64,000 nucleotides of DNA from Pristiophorus japonicus (lineage: Eukaryota), in assembly GCF_044704955.1 (NCBI RefSeq), contig NC_092002.1:12152001-12216000 (forward strand). The letters are read 5' to 3'. This document shows positions 16,359-29,343 of this stretch, piece after piece. Under the pieces are notes generated by a model. It saw only the letters and a list, made by a program, of their open reading frames with translations, made no database searches and was not told the DNA's origin. The translations under genes and the position numbers were made by a program. Positions within the stretch are counted from its first letter, which is position 1. Each line of letters starts with the position of its first letter.

Positions 16359-16949
16359 AGGACACCGAGGCAGTCAGGGCCTGCTGGAAGGAACACTTCG
16401 AAGATTTCCGAGACTCTGCCTTTGACTCGAGTGTTCTCGACTCCATTCCGCTGCATGCGACCTGCCACCACCTCAGTGAGACCCCAACACTGCACGAGGT
16501 AGGGAAGGCCATAAGATAGCTAAAAAAAACAACAAGGCTACGGAAGCAGATGGAATCCCTGCTGAGGCACTGAAGTATGCGGAGAGGCACTACTGCCGTG
16601 AATATACGACCTCATCTCTCTCATCTGGAGGGAGGAGAGGATGCCGGGAGATCTCAGAGATGCAGTGATCATGACTATCTTTAAAAAAGGGGACAAGTCC
16701 GACTGCGGCAACTACAGAGGTATCTCCCTGCTATCAGCCACTGGAGTCCTCCTCAACCGTCTTCTCCCCGTGCCCGAGGAGCTCCTCCCAGAATCACAGT
16801 GCAAATTTCATCCCCTACGGGGCACAATGGACATGATTTTTACAGCGCAACAACTGCAGGAAAAATGCAGGGAACAGCACCAGCCCTTATACATGGCCTT
16901 CTTTGACCTTATACAGGCCTTTACACTCCCACCCCACACTTCTCTAGCG

Positions 16950-17240
16950 ATGAGGAAAGATTGGACAGGCTGGGGTTGATTTCTTTGGAACAGAGGAGGC
17001 TGGGGGGAGACCTTATTGAGGTGTATAAAATTATGAGGGGCCTGGATAGAGTGGATAGGAAGGACCTATTCCCCTTAGCAGGAGGTCAACAACCAAGGGG
17101 CATAGATTTAGGAGGTTTAGAGGAGATGTGAGGGGAAATTTCTTCACCCAGAGGGTGTTGGGGGTCTGAAACTCACTGCCTGAAAGGATGGTAGAGGGAA
17201 TAACCCTCGCAGCATTTAAAAAGTACTTGAATGTGCACTT
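16950..17240 (+). mobile_element. Older CR1-family ORF2 3' fragment
   Basis: Degenerate motifs RRLGGDLIEVYKIM..FFTQRVLGV.NSLPE..FKKYL. Confidence 0.75.
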
Positions 17241-18219
17241 GGATATCACATTGCTGTGTGTGGGAGCTTGCTGTGCGCAAATTGGCTGCGGCCAATTTGG
17301 GACGTCCGGTGGTCGTGAAAGGCGCTATAGAAATGCAAGCCTTTTTCTCCCCGGGGAGGAGACACAGTCTGCCAGTCGGAACGTGCGGTGGGAATTAACC
17401 CAAAAGAGACAAGCCGAGTTGGCTCTGCATTAATGCGCTGAGGAAACCAGACCGTGCTCTGGGTCTAGGTCTGTCTGAGAGTTTGGTGAGTGTGGGGTAT
17501 CTTTGCTTTTTTTTCCGGCTTGAAACCTGGAGGGGAAAAAAGATTTTTGTATAAATTGGGAGGCGTCGAAAGCTGGTTCCCTGAAAGAATTCCCTTCTGT
17601 GTGTGTGTCTGTGTATCAGACTAGACGACAACATACAGCCACTCTCAGGCAAAAAAAAATCCAGATTCCTCCTTCAGGAACGCTTCCGCCGACAAACCTC
17701 CAACTCTGTCAATATCCCTGCTGCCTTGGAATTCAAAGACTTTTCTGATACATTTATTCCAGCCAATGGGGTGAGGTGCAGGGAGTGTGGGAGGAGCCAG
17801 CATTGGATCAGTTGGGGGCCAAATGTTACTGTAAAATGTCCAGCTGATTTATTAAAACACAAGAGGTGAGGCGACTTGGGTTTGATGCAATGTCCCAAAT
17901 TGTTTTGTCTGTAAGTTTCCGGATTGTGAAATGTACCTGCCAGTCAAGTGGAAACCCTCCCGGCCAAAGCATGTGCAGGGGCAATCGGATACCCGCAGGT
18001 TTGCCCCTGAAACTCCAGCCCGGATAGACAGACAACTGTTCAAACCTTGGAAGAAAAAACATTTTTTTAAATGGGTGCGGCGTGTCTGGCACCTGCTCGG
18101 TGTCAACACGGGGGTGGTCGGAGGGACATTGCGGGAGCGGTGAGCACTCTGGTTCAGCAGCTCCATGTCCCAAACCCAGAACTCCAACACACCGCCCGGC
18201 TTCAGACCCGGCATAAAAT

Positions 18220-19683
18220 GTGAAGTGTGAGTGAGTGTGTGTGTGTGAGTGAGAGTGTGTGTTGGAGTTTGTATGTATGCGCGAGTGTGAATGTGCGTGT
18301 TGGAGTGTGTGTGAGTGTATGTGTGTTGGGGTGTGTGTGTGTAAGAGTGTGTGTGTTGGAGTGTGAGAGATTGTGAGTGTGCGTGTTGGAGTGTGCGTGG
18401 GTGTGCGAGGTGTGAGTATGTGTATGTGTGAGTGGTGTGTTGGTGTGTGTGTTGGAGTGTGTGTGGGTGTGGGTGTGTGAGTGTGTTGGGGTGTGTGTGT
18501 GTTGTGGGGTGTGTGCATGTGTGTGTGTGTTGGAGTGTGTGAGAGAATAGGTCTGTGAGTGTGTGTTTGTGTGTGTAGGTTTGAGTGTGTGTATGTGTGT
18601 GTGTGTAGGTTTGTGGGTGTGTGTGTGTGTGTTGGAGTGTTGGTGTGTGTAGGTTTGTGAGTGTGTGTTGGAGTGTGTGTAGGTGTTGGTGTGTGTGTTG
18701 GAGTGTGTGTAGGTGTGGGTGTGTGAGTGTGTTGGGGTGTGTGTGTGTTGTGGGGNNNNNNNNNNNNNNNNNNNNNNNNNNNNNNNNNNNNNNNNNNNNN
18801 NNNNNNNNNNNNNNNNNNNNNNNNNNNNNNNNNNNNNNNNNNNNNNNNNNNNNNNNNNNNNNNNNNNNNNNNNNNNNNNNNNNNNGGTGTGTGATTGTGT
18901 ATATGGGTGTAGGTGTGTGTGAGTGTGTCTATGTAGGTGTATGGGTGTAGGTGTGTGAGTGTGTATATATAGGTGTATGGGTGTAGGTGTGTGAGTGTGT
19001 GTATGTAGGTGTAGGTGTGTGTGTGAGTATGTGTGTATGTAGGTGTGTGAGTGTGTGTGTATGTAGGTGTATGGGTGTAGGTGTGTGAGTGTGTGTATAT
19101 AGGTGTATGGGTGTAAGTGTGTGAGTGTGTGTATATAGGTGTATGGGTGTAGGTGTGTGAATATGTGAATGTAGGTGTATGGGTGTAGGTGTGTGAGTGT
19201 GTGTATATAGGTGTATGGGTATAGGTGTGTGTGTGTGTATATAGGTGTATGGGTGTAGGTGTGTGAGTGTGTGTGTGTGTGTGAGTGTGTGTATGTAGGT
19301 GTATGGGTATAGGTGTGTGAGTGTGTGAATGTAGGTGTATGGGTGTAGGTGTGTGAGTGTGTATGTAAGTGTATGGGTGTAGGTGTGTGAGTGTGTATGT
19401 AAGTGTATGGGTGTAGGTGTGTGAGTGTGTGTGTATATAGGTGTATGGGTGTAGGTGTGTGAGTGTGTATGTAAGTGTATGGGTGTAGGTGTGTGAGTGT
19501 GTGTGTATATAGGTGTATGGGTGTAGGTGTGTGAGTGTGTGTGTGTGTATGTAGGTGTATGGGTGTAGGTGTGTGAGTGTGTGTATATAGGTGTATGGGT
19601 GTAGGTGTGTGAGTGTATGTATGTAGGTGTATGGGTGTAGGTGTGTGAGTGTGTGTATATAGGTGTATGGGTGTAGGTGTGTT
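18220..19683. repeat. TG-rich microsatellite/minisatellite (about 36-bp unit GTGTGAGTGTGTGTATATAGGTGTATGGGTGTAGGT right of the gap)
   Basis: Seen directly; it produces the THTH/HPYTYI ORFs. Confidence 0.95.
18756..18885. other. Assembly gap (130 N)
   Basis: Run of N inside the TG array. Confidence 0.99.
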
Positions 19684-20274
19684 TGATCTCTGCCTGCAGC
19701 CTGTTCCAGCGATGCTGTGTCTGGACCAGGCCCAGCATTGACCTCCGGCAGCTGGTTATGGAGCAGCCTGGTGGCCCATCGCACCCGTTACCTGCCGACA
19801 GTAGAAAAGCAAAAATATGAAGCAGCTGTTTTATTTTTAATGTCTTTATAAATGAGCAGTGCCCGGTGGTCCTGATCCCACTGTTCACCAGCAGGTGAAA
19901 GCAGCATCACCTCTCCGTCATCAGCCGTCTCGAGTTACAGATAGCTGGGCAGGAGTCCAGCAGCGAGAGGGTTAAGTTCCGTTGTGTTTAAGTGATCAGC
20001 CAAGTTCTCCGCTGCTGAGGAGCAGGGGAGGAAGTTTCTTGCCACCTACTGCTTGCCGCTGAACGGGAAGTTAATCATTCTCGTCCTTGTGTGCTCAAAT
20101 CTCTCCATGTCTGCGCTCCTCCAATTCTGGCCTCTTGAGCACCCCTGATTTTAATCGCTCCAACGTCGGCGGCCGTGCCTTCTGTTGCCCGGGCCCCAAG
20201 CTCTGGAATTCCCTCCCTGAACCTCTCCACCTCTCTCTCCTCCTTTAAGACGCTCCTTAAAACCTACCTGTACT

Positions 20275-20855
20275 TCAGTGGGTAGCACCCTCACCTCTGA
20301 GTCAGAAGGTTGTGTGTTCAAGTCCCAGTCCAGGGACTTGAGCACATTAATCGAAGAATAAAGGGTTATGGGGAGCGGGCAGGGAAGTGGCGCTGAGTCC
20401 ATGATCAGTTCCGCCATGATCGTATTGAATGGCGGAGCAGGCTCGAGGGGCCGAATGGCCTCCTCCTGCTCCCAAGTCTTATGCTCTGACACTCCCAGTG
20501 CCAGTACTGAGGGAGCGCCGCACTGTCGGAGGTGCCGTCTTTCGGATGAGACGTTAAACCGAGGCCCCGTCTGCTCTCTCAGTATAGATGTAAAAGATCC
20601 CACGGCACTATTTCGAAGAAGAGCAGGGTGGAGTTATCCCCGGTGTCCTGGGGCCAATATTTATCCCTCGACCAGCATAACAAAAACAGATTATCTGGGT
20701 CATTATCGCATTGCTGTCTGTGGGAGCTTGCTGTGCGCAATTTGGCTGCCGCGTTTCCTACATTACAACAGTGACTACACTCCAAATGGACTTCGTTGGC
20801 TGTAAAGCACTCTGGGACATCCGGTGGTCGTGAAAGGCGCTATATAAATGCAAGG
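20275..20855 (+). mobile_element. tRNA-headed Deu-domain SINE (SacSINE1-like), split by a CR1 tail at about 20350-20485
   Basis: tRNA-like head with B-box GTTCAAGTCC, a Deu-like core (GATGAGACGTTAAACCGAGG..AAAGATCCCACGGCACTATTT) and an L2-like tail (AAGGCGCTATATAAATGCAAG). Confidence 0.8.
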
Positions 20856-21324
20856 TTTTCTTTACCTCTTTGAGCACCCTTTTGGTCACCTGCTTTGGCT
20901 CGGTATCAGATTATTGTGTCTGATAACTCTCCTGTGATGGGCCTCGGGATGTTTTCCTGCGTTGACGGCGCTATATGACGACAAGTTGTTGTTGCCGAGC
21001 CCACCTGGGGCAGGTTGGGCCAAGTCGGTGTTGCTTCACCTCCGTACCGTGTGCAATGCCGCCCTCCGGTGGCGGGTCAGTGACATTCCATCCAGGTACT
21101 TGAACAGATCACAATCCCCAGGGTTCAGGAGCTGCCGTGTATCTTTGGCAGAAGATAAGGCGGAAACCCCAGAGCGCCCCACCCCTGTTCCTATTTATTG
21201 TGTTCTTATGGGGGATCGGGAGAAGACCGACAGAAACTTTATATTTCCATCCATTTTCAAAGGGCTCTCGGGGACTGAGGGCCCTCGGGGACTGACACAA
21301 AATGCCAAGTGATGTTTGATACAA

Positions 21325-21855
21325 TATAGGAGGAGTCGGCCATTCGGCCCCTCGAGCCTGCTCTGCCATTCAATCAGATCATGGCTGATCATCGACCTCA
21401 ACTCCACTTTCCCCGCTCGATCTCCAGATCCCTTGATTCCAAAAATCTATCTCTGTCTTGAATATACTCAATGACTGAGACTCCACAGCCCCCTGGGGCA
21501 GAGAATTCCAAAGATTCACCACTCTCTGAGTGAAGAAATTTCTCCTCATCTCTGTCCTAAATGGCCGACCCCTTATCCTGAGACTGTGACCCCTGGTTCT
21601 AGACACTCCAGCCCGGGGGGAAACATCCTCCCTGCATCTACCCTGTCAATCCCCCTCAGATTCTTATAGGTTTCAATGAGATCAGCTTTCATTCATCTAA
21701 ACTCCAGAGAGTATAGGCCCAATCTACTCAGTCTCTCCTCATAGGATAACCCTCTCATCCCAGGAATCAATCTGGTGAACCTTTATTGCACCCACTCTGA
21801 GGCAAGAATATCATTCCTCAGATAAGGAGACCAAAACTGTGCGCATTACTCCAGG
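21325..21855 (-). mobile_element. CR1 LINE 3' fragment
   Basis: ORF 21379-21606 has TRGHSLRIRGRPFRTEMRRNFFTQRVVNLWNSLP, plus the 3' UTR. Confidence 0.9.
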
Positions 21856-22006
21856 TAGGTGCTGCACAGAGGAAGGTGAAATGGGCAACTCCCAGACTTC
21901 AGAAATGGTGGTGAAATAACTACAGGTGAAGTTGAAAAAGATTTAGGCGCCTTAGGAGATTCAACACTCAGTGTATCGAACCAATGCAGAGCATCAATCA
22001 GTGAGA

Positions 22007-25000
22007 CCAGCGCTCACTGTATCCGCTCTGTGCCAGTGCTCACTGTATATTCCCTGTGCCAGTGCTCACTGTATACGCTCTGTGCCAGTGCCCACTGTAT
22101 CTGATCTGTGCCAGTGCTCACTGTATATTCCCTTTGCCAGTGCTCGCTGTATATTCCCTGTGCCAGCGCTCACTGTTTCCGCTCTGTGTCAGCTCTCACT
22201 GTATCCGCTCTGTGCCTGCACTCACTGTATCCACTCTGTGCCTGCGCTCACTGTATCCGCTCTGTGCCAGCTCTCACTGTATCCGCTCTGTGCCAGTGCT
22301 AGCTGTATCTGCTCTGTGCCAGTGCTCACGGTAGCTGCGCTTGGTCAGTGCTAGCTGCATCTGCTCTGTGCCAGTGCACACTGTGTCCGCTCTGTGCCAG
22401 TGCTCACTGTGTCTGCTCTATGCCAGCTCTCACTGGATCCGCTCTGCACCAGTGCTAGCTGTATCTGCTCTGCGCCAGTGCTAGCTGTATCTGCTCTGTG
22501 CCAGTGCCCACTCTATCCGCTCTGTGCCAGCTCTCACTGTATCCGCTCTGTGCCAGTGCTCACTGCATCCACTCTGTGCCAGTGCTAGCTGTATCCACTC
22601 TGTGCCAGTGCTAGCTGTATCCGCTCTGTGCCAGCACTCACTGTATCTGCTCTGTGCCAGTGCTCAATGTATCTGCTCTGTGCCAGTGCTCACTGTATCC
22701 GCGCTGTGCTAGCGATCACGGTATCTGCCCTGTGCCAGTGTTAGCTGTATCCGTCCTGTGCCAGTGCTCACTGTATCTGCCCTGTGCCAGCGCTCATTGT
22801 ATCCGCTCTGTGAAAGTGCCCATGGTATCCGCTCTATGCCAACGCTCACTGTATCTGCCCTGTGCCAGTGCCCACTGTATCCGTTCTGTGCCATGCTTGC
22901 TGTGCCGCACTGTGCCAGTGCTCACTGTATCCGCTCTGTTCCAGTGCCCACTGTATCCGCTATGTGCCAATGCTCACTGTTTCCGCTCTGTGCCCGTGTC
23001 CACTGTTTCCGCTCTGTGCCAACGCTCACTGTATTGGCTCTGTGCCAGTTGCCACTGTATCCGCTCTGTGCCGGCGCTCAATATATCCATTCTGTGCCAG
23101 CGCTCGCTGTATCCGCTCTGTGCCAGTGCCCACTGTATCCGCTCTGTGCCAGTGCTCAATGTATTCACACTGTGCCATCGCTCGCTGTATCTGCTCAGTG
23201 CCAGTGATCACTTTATCCGCTATGTGCCAGTGCCCACTGTAACCGCTTTGTGCAAGCACTCACTATACCCGCAATGTGTCAGCGCTCGTTGTATCTGCTC
23301 TGTCTCGGTGCCCACTGTACCCACTCTGTGCCAGCGCTCACTGTATCCACACTGTGCCAGCGCTCGCTGTATCTGCTTTGTGATCACCGTATCTGCTCTG
23401 TGCCAGTGCTAGCTGTATCCGCTCTGTGCCAGCGCTCACTGTATCTGCTCTGTGCCAGTGCTCACTGTATCTGCTCTGTGCAAGTGTTTACTGTATCCAC
23501 TCTGTGCCAGTGCTAGCAGTATCCGCTCTTTGCCAGTGCTCACTGTATCTGCTCTGTGCCAGTGCTCGCTGTATCTCATCTGTGTCAGTGCTTACTGTAC
23601 CTGACATATGCCAGTGATCACTGTATCTGCTGTGTCAGCACTCACTGTATCTGCTCTGTGCCAGTGCTGGCTGTATCTGCTCTGTGCCAGTGCCCACTTT
23701 ATCCGCTATGTGCCAATGCTCACTGTATCTGCTCTGTGCCAGCGCTCACTGTATCTGCTCTGTGCCGGTGATCACTGTGTCTGCTTTGTGCCAATGCTCA
23801 CTGCATCTGATCTGTGCCAGTGCTCACTGTATCCGCTCTGTGCCAGCACTCACTGTATCCGCTCTGTGTCAGTGCTCACTCTATCCGTTCTGCGCCAGTG
23901 CTCTTGTATCTGCTATGTGCCAGCGCTGGCTGTATCTGTCCTGTGCCAGTGCCCACTGTATCTTCTCTGTGCCAGTGCCCACTGTATCCGTCCTGTGTCC
24001 GCGCTCACTGTATCTGCTCTGTGCCAGTGCTCACTGTATCTGCTCTGTGCAAGTGTTTACTGTATCCGCTCTGTGCCCGTGCTAGCAGTATCCGCTTTTT
24101 GCCAGTGATCACTGTATCTGCTCTGTGTCAGCACTCACTGTATCTGCTCTGTGCCAGTGCTGGCTGTATCTGCTCTGTGTCAGTGCCCACTGTATCTGCT
24201 CTGTGCCAGTGATCACTGTGCCTGCTTTGTGCCAATGCTCACTGCATCTGATCTGTGCCAGTGCTCACTGTATCTCATCTGTGTCAGCGCTCACTGTATC
24301 CACTCTGTGCCAGCACTCACTGTATCCGCTCTGTGTCAGTGCTCACTCTATCCGTTCTGCGCCAGTGCTCTTGTATCTGCTCTGTGCCAATGCTGGCTGT
24401 ATCTGTCCTGTGCCAGTGCCCACTGTATCTTCTCTGTGCCAGTGCCCACTGTATCCGTCCTGTGTCAGCGCTCACTGTATCTGCTCTTTGCTAGTTCCCA
24501 CTGTATCCAGTCTGTGCCATCGCTCACTGTGTTCCCCCTGTGCCACTGCTCACTGTATCTGCTCTGTGCCAGTGCCCACTGTATCTGCCCTGTATCACTG
24601 CTCACTGTAACTACTCTGTGCCAGTGCTCACTGTATCTGCTCTGTGCCAATGCTAGCTGTATCTGCACTGTGCCAGTGCCCACTGTATCCGATCTGTGCC
24701 ACTGCCCGCTGTATCCGCCCTGTGCCGGCGCTCACTGTATCCGCCCTGTGCCCACGCTAGCTGTATCCACTCTTTGCCAGTGCTAGCTGTGTCCACTCTG
24801 TGCCAGTGCTCACTGTATCTGCTCTGTGACAACGCTAGCCGTATCTGCCCTGTGCCAGTGCCCACTGTGCCTGCTCTGTGCCAGTGCTAGCTATATCCGC
24901 TCTGTGCCAACACTCACTGTACCCACTCTGTGTCAGCACTCACTGTATCCGCTCTGTGCCAGCACTCACTGTATCCGCTCTGTGTCAGTGCTCACTCTAT

Positions 25001-28000
25001 CCGCTCTGCGTCAGTGCTCACTGTATCTGCTCTAAGCCAATGCTGGCTGCATCTGTCCTGTGCCAGTGCCCACTGTATCCGCTCTGTGCCAGTGCCCACT
25101 GTATCTGTCCTGTGCCAGCGCTCACTGTATCTGCTCTTTGCCAGTTCCCACTGTATCCAGTCTGCGCCAGCGCTCACTGTATTCCCCCTGTGCCCCTGCT
25201 CACTGTATCTGTGCTATGCCAGTGCCCACTGTATCCGTCCTGTGCCACTGCTCACTGTATCTACTCTGTGCCAGTACTCACTGTATCTGCTCTGTGCCAA
25301 TGCTAGCTGTATCTGCACTGTGCCAGTGCCCACTGTATCCGCTCTGTGCCACTGCCCACTGTATCCATCCTGTGCCAGCGCTCACTGTATCCGCTCTGTG
25401 CCCACGCTAGCTGCATCCACTCTTTGCCAGTGCTAGCTGTGTCCACTCTGTGCCAGTGCTCACAGTATCTGCTCTGTGACAACGCTAGCCGTATCTGCCC
25501 TGTGCCAGTGCCCACTGTCTGCTCTGTGCCAGTGCCCACTGTAGCCGCCCTGTGCCAGCGCTCACTGTATCCGCTCTGTGCCAGCGCTCACTGTATTCCC
25601 GCTGTGCCCGCACTCATGGTATCTGCTATGTGCCAGTGCCCACTGCATCCGCTCTGTGCCAGCGCTCACTGTATCCGCTCTGTGCCAGTGCTCACTGTAT
25701 CTGCTCTGTGCCAGTGCTCACTGTATCTGCTCTGTGCTAGTGATCACTGTATCTGCCCTCTATCAGCACTCACTGTAACTGCTCTTTGCCGGTGCCCACT
25801 GTATCCTCTATGTGCCAGCGCTCACTGTATTCTCCGTGCCACTGCTCACTGTATCTGCTCTGTGCCAGTGCCCACTATATCCGTCCTGTGCCACTGCTCA
25901 CTGTATCTGCTCTGCGCCAGTGCTCACTGTATCTGCTCTGTGCCAGTGCTCACTGTATCTGCTCTGTGCCAATGCTAGCTGTATCTGCCCTGTGCCAGTG
26001 CCCACTGTATCCGCTCTGTGCCACTGCCCACTGTATCCGCCCTGTGCCCGCGCTCACTGTATCCGCTCTGTGCCAACGCTAGCTGTATCCGCTCTGTGCC
26101 AGTGCTAGCTGTATCCACTCTGTGCCAACGCTGGCTATATCTGCCGTGTGCCAGCGCTAACTGTATCCGCTCTGTGCCAGCGCTCACTGTATTCCCCTGT
26201 GCCAGCGCTCATGGAATCTGCTCTGTGCCAGTGCCCACTGTATCCGCCCTGTGCCAGCGCTCACTGTATCCGCTCTGTGCCAGTGATCACTGTATCTGTT
26301 CTGTGCCAGTGCTCACTGTATCTGCTTTGTGCCAGTGATCACTGTATCTGCTCTGTGTCAGCGCTCACTGTATCTGCTGTGCCAGTGCCCATCGTATCCA
26401 CTCTGTGCCACGCTCACTGTGTCTGCTCTGTGCCAGCGGTCACTGTATCTGCTCTGTGCCAGCACTCACTGCATCCGCTCTGTGCCAACGCGCACTGTAT
26501 CCGCTCTGTGCCAGTGCCCACTGTATCCGCTCTGTGCCAGTGTCCACTTTATACGCCCTGTGCCAACGCTCACTGTATCCGCTCTGTGCCAGCGCTCACT
26601 TTATTCCCCCTGTGCCAGCGCTCACGGTATCCGCTCTGTGCCAGTGCCCACTGTATCCGCCATGTGCCAGTGCCCACTGTATCCGCCCTGGGCCAGCGCT
26701 CACTGAATCTGTTCTGTGCCAGTGCTCACTGAATCTGTTCTGTGCCAGTGATCACTGTATCTGCTCTGTGCCAGCGCTCACTGTATCTGCTCTGTGCCAG
26801 TCCCCACTGTCTCCACTCTGTGCCAACGCTCACTGCATTTGCTCTGTGCCAGTGCTCACTGTACCTGCTCTGTGCCAGCGCTAGCTGTATCCGCTCTGTG
26901 CCAATGCTCATTGTATCCGCTCTGTGCCAGAGCTAGCTGTAACCGCTCTGTGCCAGAGCTAGCTGTATCCGCCCGGTGCCATTGCGCACTGTATCCGCTC
27001 TGGGAAAGTGCTCACTGTATCCGCTCTGTGCCAGAGCTAGCTGTATCCGCTCTGTGCCAGCTCTCACTGTAACTGCTCTGTGCCAGTGATCACTGTAACT
27101 GCTCTGTGCCAGTGCCCACTTTATCCGCTCTGTGCCAACGCTCACTTTATCCGCTCTGTACCAACGCTCACTGTATCTGCTATGTGCCAGTGATCACTGT
27201 ATCTGTTCTGTGCCAGTGCCCACTGTATCGCTCTGTGCCAGCGCTCACTGTATCCGCTCTGTGCCAGTGTCCACTGTATCCGCCCTGTGCCAACGCTCAC
27301 TGTATTCCCCCTGTGCCAGCACTCACGGTATCCGCTCTGTGCCAGTGCCCACTGTATCCGCCATGTGCCAGTGCCCACTGTATCCGCCCTGGGTCAGCGC
27401 TCACAGTATCCGCTCTGTGCCAGTGGTCACTGTATCTGTTCTGTGCCAGTGGCCACTCTATCTGTTCTGTGCCAGTGATCACTGTATCTGCTCTGTGCCA
27501 GCGCTCACTGTATCTGCTCTGTGCCAGTCCCCACTTTATCCAATCTGTGCCAACTCTCACTGTATCTGCTCTGTGCCAGTGCTCACTGTACCTGCTCTGC
27601 GCCAACGCGCACTGTATCCGCTCTGTGCCAACGCTCACTGTATCTGCTCCGTGCCAGCGCTAGCTGTATCCGCTCTGTGCCAATGCTCATTGTATCCGCT
27701 CTGTGCCAAAGCTAGCTGTAACCGCTCTGTGCCAGAGCTAGCTGTATCCGCCCGGTGCCATTGCGCACTGTATCCGCTCTGAGAAAGTGCTCACTGTATC
27801 CGCTCTGTGCCAGAGCTAGCTGTATCCGCTCTGTGCCAGCTCTCACTGTAACTGCTCTGTGCCAGCTCTCACTGTAACTGCTCTGTGCCAGTGCCCACTT
27901 TACCCGCTCTGTGCCAACGCTCACTGTATCTGCTCTGTGCCAGTGCTCACTGTATCCACCCTGTGCCAGCTCTCACTGTATCCACTCTGTGCCAGTGATC

Positions 28001-28998
28001 ACTGTATCTGTTCTGTGCAGTGCTCACTATATCTGCTCTGTGCTAGTGATCACTGTATCTGCTCGGTGCTAGTGATCACTGTATCTGCTCTGTGCCAGCG
28101 CTCACTGTATCTGCTCTGGGCCAGTGACCACTGCATCCACTCTGTGCCAGTGCCCACTGTATCGCTCCGTGCCAGCGCTCACTGTATCTGCTCTGTGCCA
28201 GTGCTAGCTGTATCCGCTCTGTGCCAATGCTCACCGTATCTGCTCTGTGCCATTGCACACTGTATCTGCTCTGGGAAAGCGCTCACTGTATCCGCTCTGT
28301 GCCAGAGCTAGCTGTATCCGCTCTGTGCCAGCTCTCACTGTAAGCGCTCTGTGCCAGCTCTCACTGTAACCGCTCTGTGCCAGTGCCCACTTTATCCGCT
28401 CTGTGCCTACGCTCACTGTATCTGCTCTGTGCCAGTGCTCACTGTATCTGCCCTGTGCCAGTTCTCACTGTGTCCACTCTGTGCCAGTGATCACTGTATC
28501 TGTTCTGTGCCAGTGCTCACTGTATCTGCTCTGTGCTAGTGATCACTGTATCTGCTCTGTGCCAGCGCTCACTGTATTTGCTCTGTGCCAGTGCCCACTG
28601 CATCCACTCTGTGCCAACGCTCACTGTATCCGCTCTGTGCCAGTGCCCACTGTATCGCTCTGTGCCAGCGCTCACTGTATCTGCTCTGTGCCAGCGCTCA
28701 CTGTATCTGCTCTGTGCCAGCGCTAGCTGTATCCGCTCTGTGCCAACGCTCACCGTATCTGCTCTGTGCCATTGCACACTGTATCTGCTCTGGGAAAGCG
28801 CTCACTGTATCCGCTCTGTGGCAGAGCTAGCTGTATCCGCTCTGTGCCAGCTCTCACTGTAACCGCTCTGTGCCAGTGCCCACTTTATCCGCTCTATGCC
28901 AACACTCACTGTAACCGCTCTGTGCCAGTGCTCACTGTTACCGTCCTGTGCCAGTGCCCACTTTATCCGCTCTGTGCCAGTATTCACTGTATCCGCAC
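22007..28998. repeat. 26-bp satellite GCCAGTGCTCACTGTATCCGCTCTGT (about 270 degenerate units)
   Basis: Seen directly. Each unit has the internal inverted repeat CAGTG-CT-CACTG, and higher-order duplications are visible. Confidence 0.97.
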
Positions 28999-28999
28999 T

Positions 29000-29340
29000 C
29001 GCGATACTCTGTGTGTCCGCTCGGGGGCAGTGCAGCTGCCGTCCTGCGTGATGACGTCAGCCCGTGAGCCTGAACCAGGAAGTCCGTGTGAACGCGGAAG
29101 GTGGGTGTCGCTGTCGCGGCTCCGGGGACTGGGAATGGCGGGGGGAGGGAGAGGGGGAGACCGAGGAACGGCGGGGGGAGGGAGAGGGGGAGACCGAGGA
29201 ACGGCGGGGGGAGGGAGAGGGGGAGACCGAGGAACGGCGGGCGGCGCACACCGGCTCCCGAGGCCCCGCGGGGCCGGCACTGAGTCACCGATCGGCGGCC
29301 GGTCAAACCCGGGCCGGTCCGATGGGAAATCCGCCAAAAC
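29000..29340 (+). promoter_or_regulatory. CpG-island promoter and probable non-coding exon 1 of the 101-aa gene
   Basis: CpG-dense. Perfect CRE TGACGTCA at 29052-29059, GGAAGT/CGGAAG ETS-like cores, donor AAG|GTGGGT at 29100/29101, TGAGTCA at 29281, and three copies of a G-rich 33-bp unit. Confidence 0.65.
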
Positions 29341-29343
29341 ACC

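Larger units (their letters stand above)
14712..16927 (-). mobile_element. RTE-clade LINE insertion with an inverted 5' segment, interrupted by two CR1 fragments
   Basis: The 3' end is on the minus strand, about 14712-15426 ((ATC)n tail; LYSELLHGK..GGQRKRYRDTLK..CPTCDRDCGSHIG). The body is on the plus strand, about 15430-16927 (DCGNYRGISLLS..LQEKCREQHQPLYMAFFDL). CCCACCCCA flanks both ends (14703-14711, 16928-16936). Confidence 0.85.

Noticed and set aside
17826-19888. 652-aa and 319-aa His/Thr-rich ORFs
   Set aside because: TG-repeat translations; the longer one spans the N gap.
21971-28987. Cys-rich ORFs, and a CRISPR-like look from palindromic 26-bp units
   Set aside because: The units are head-to-tail and degenerate, with no unique spacers and no cas genes, in a eukaryotic context.
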